From positions 120,990-184,989 of IMG/VR virus record IMGVR_UViG_3300009095_001812: a DNA stretch of 64,000 nucleotides. The stretch is one strand, 5' to 3'. The notes beneath the pieces were generated by a model. It was not told the origin of the DNA. It did not search any database and saw only the letters and a program-made list of their open reading frames with translations. The DNA comes from a virus (taxonomy: Duplodnaviria > Heunggongvirae > Uroviricota > Caudoviricetes). Below, one piece after another: positions 63,999-64,000 of the stretch. Within the stretch, counting starts at the first letter, position 1; each line of letters opens with the position of its first letter. The position numbers and the translations under genes were made by a program.

Positions 63999-64000
63999 AA

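Overview
This 64-kb window is AT-rich (roughly 35-37% GC) and tightly packed, with almost no intergenic space. Start/stop overlaps of the ATGA type, AAGGAG-type ribosome-binding sites, hairpin-plus-T-run terminators, many interspersed tRNA genes and three HNH endonuclease genes all point to a large (jumbo/huge-type) bacteriophage or similar mobile genome rather than a cellular chromosome or a eukaryotic virus. An early + strand block (1.2-11.3 kb) carries lysis enzymes (M15 peptidase, amidase_2), a DnaQ-like exonuclease, a nucleotidase, a macro domain protein and translation factors (an IF-1 homolog and a release-factor-2-like gene with a prfB-style +1 frameshift). A long minus-strand block (11.3-64 kb) carries Dps, Nudix, an HD-domain protein, a SET-domain protein, GcvH, an SPFH/NfeD pair, a cytidylyltransferase, AAA+ ATPases, a Thg1-like tRNA 5'-end repair enzyme, a PIN nuclease, a dTDP-rhamnose operon (rfbABCD) and about 27 tRNA genes. 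The tRNAs include an amber-suppressor-like tRNA(CUA), an initiator-like tRNA-Met, and a tRNA-Leu(UAA) split by a cyanobacterial-type group I intron that carries an antisense HNH ORF. The most unusual signal is a family of four or five paralogous RNA cassettes in which a tRNA 3' half (T-arm, acceptor 3' strand, discriminator) lies upstream of a matching tRNA 5' half (complementary acceptor 5' strand, D-arm). These are permuted or split tRNA-like genes, each enclosed by conserved leader and trailer sequences that form covarying long-range helices. Nothing here could be checked against databases, so all functional calls rest on motifs recalled from memory.
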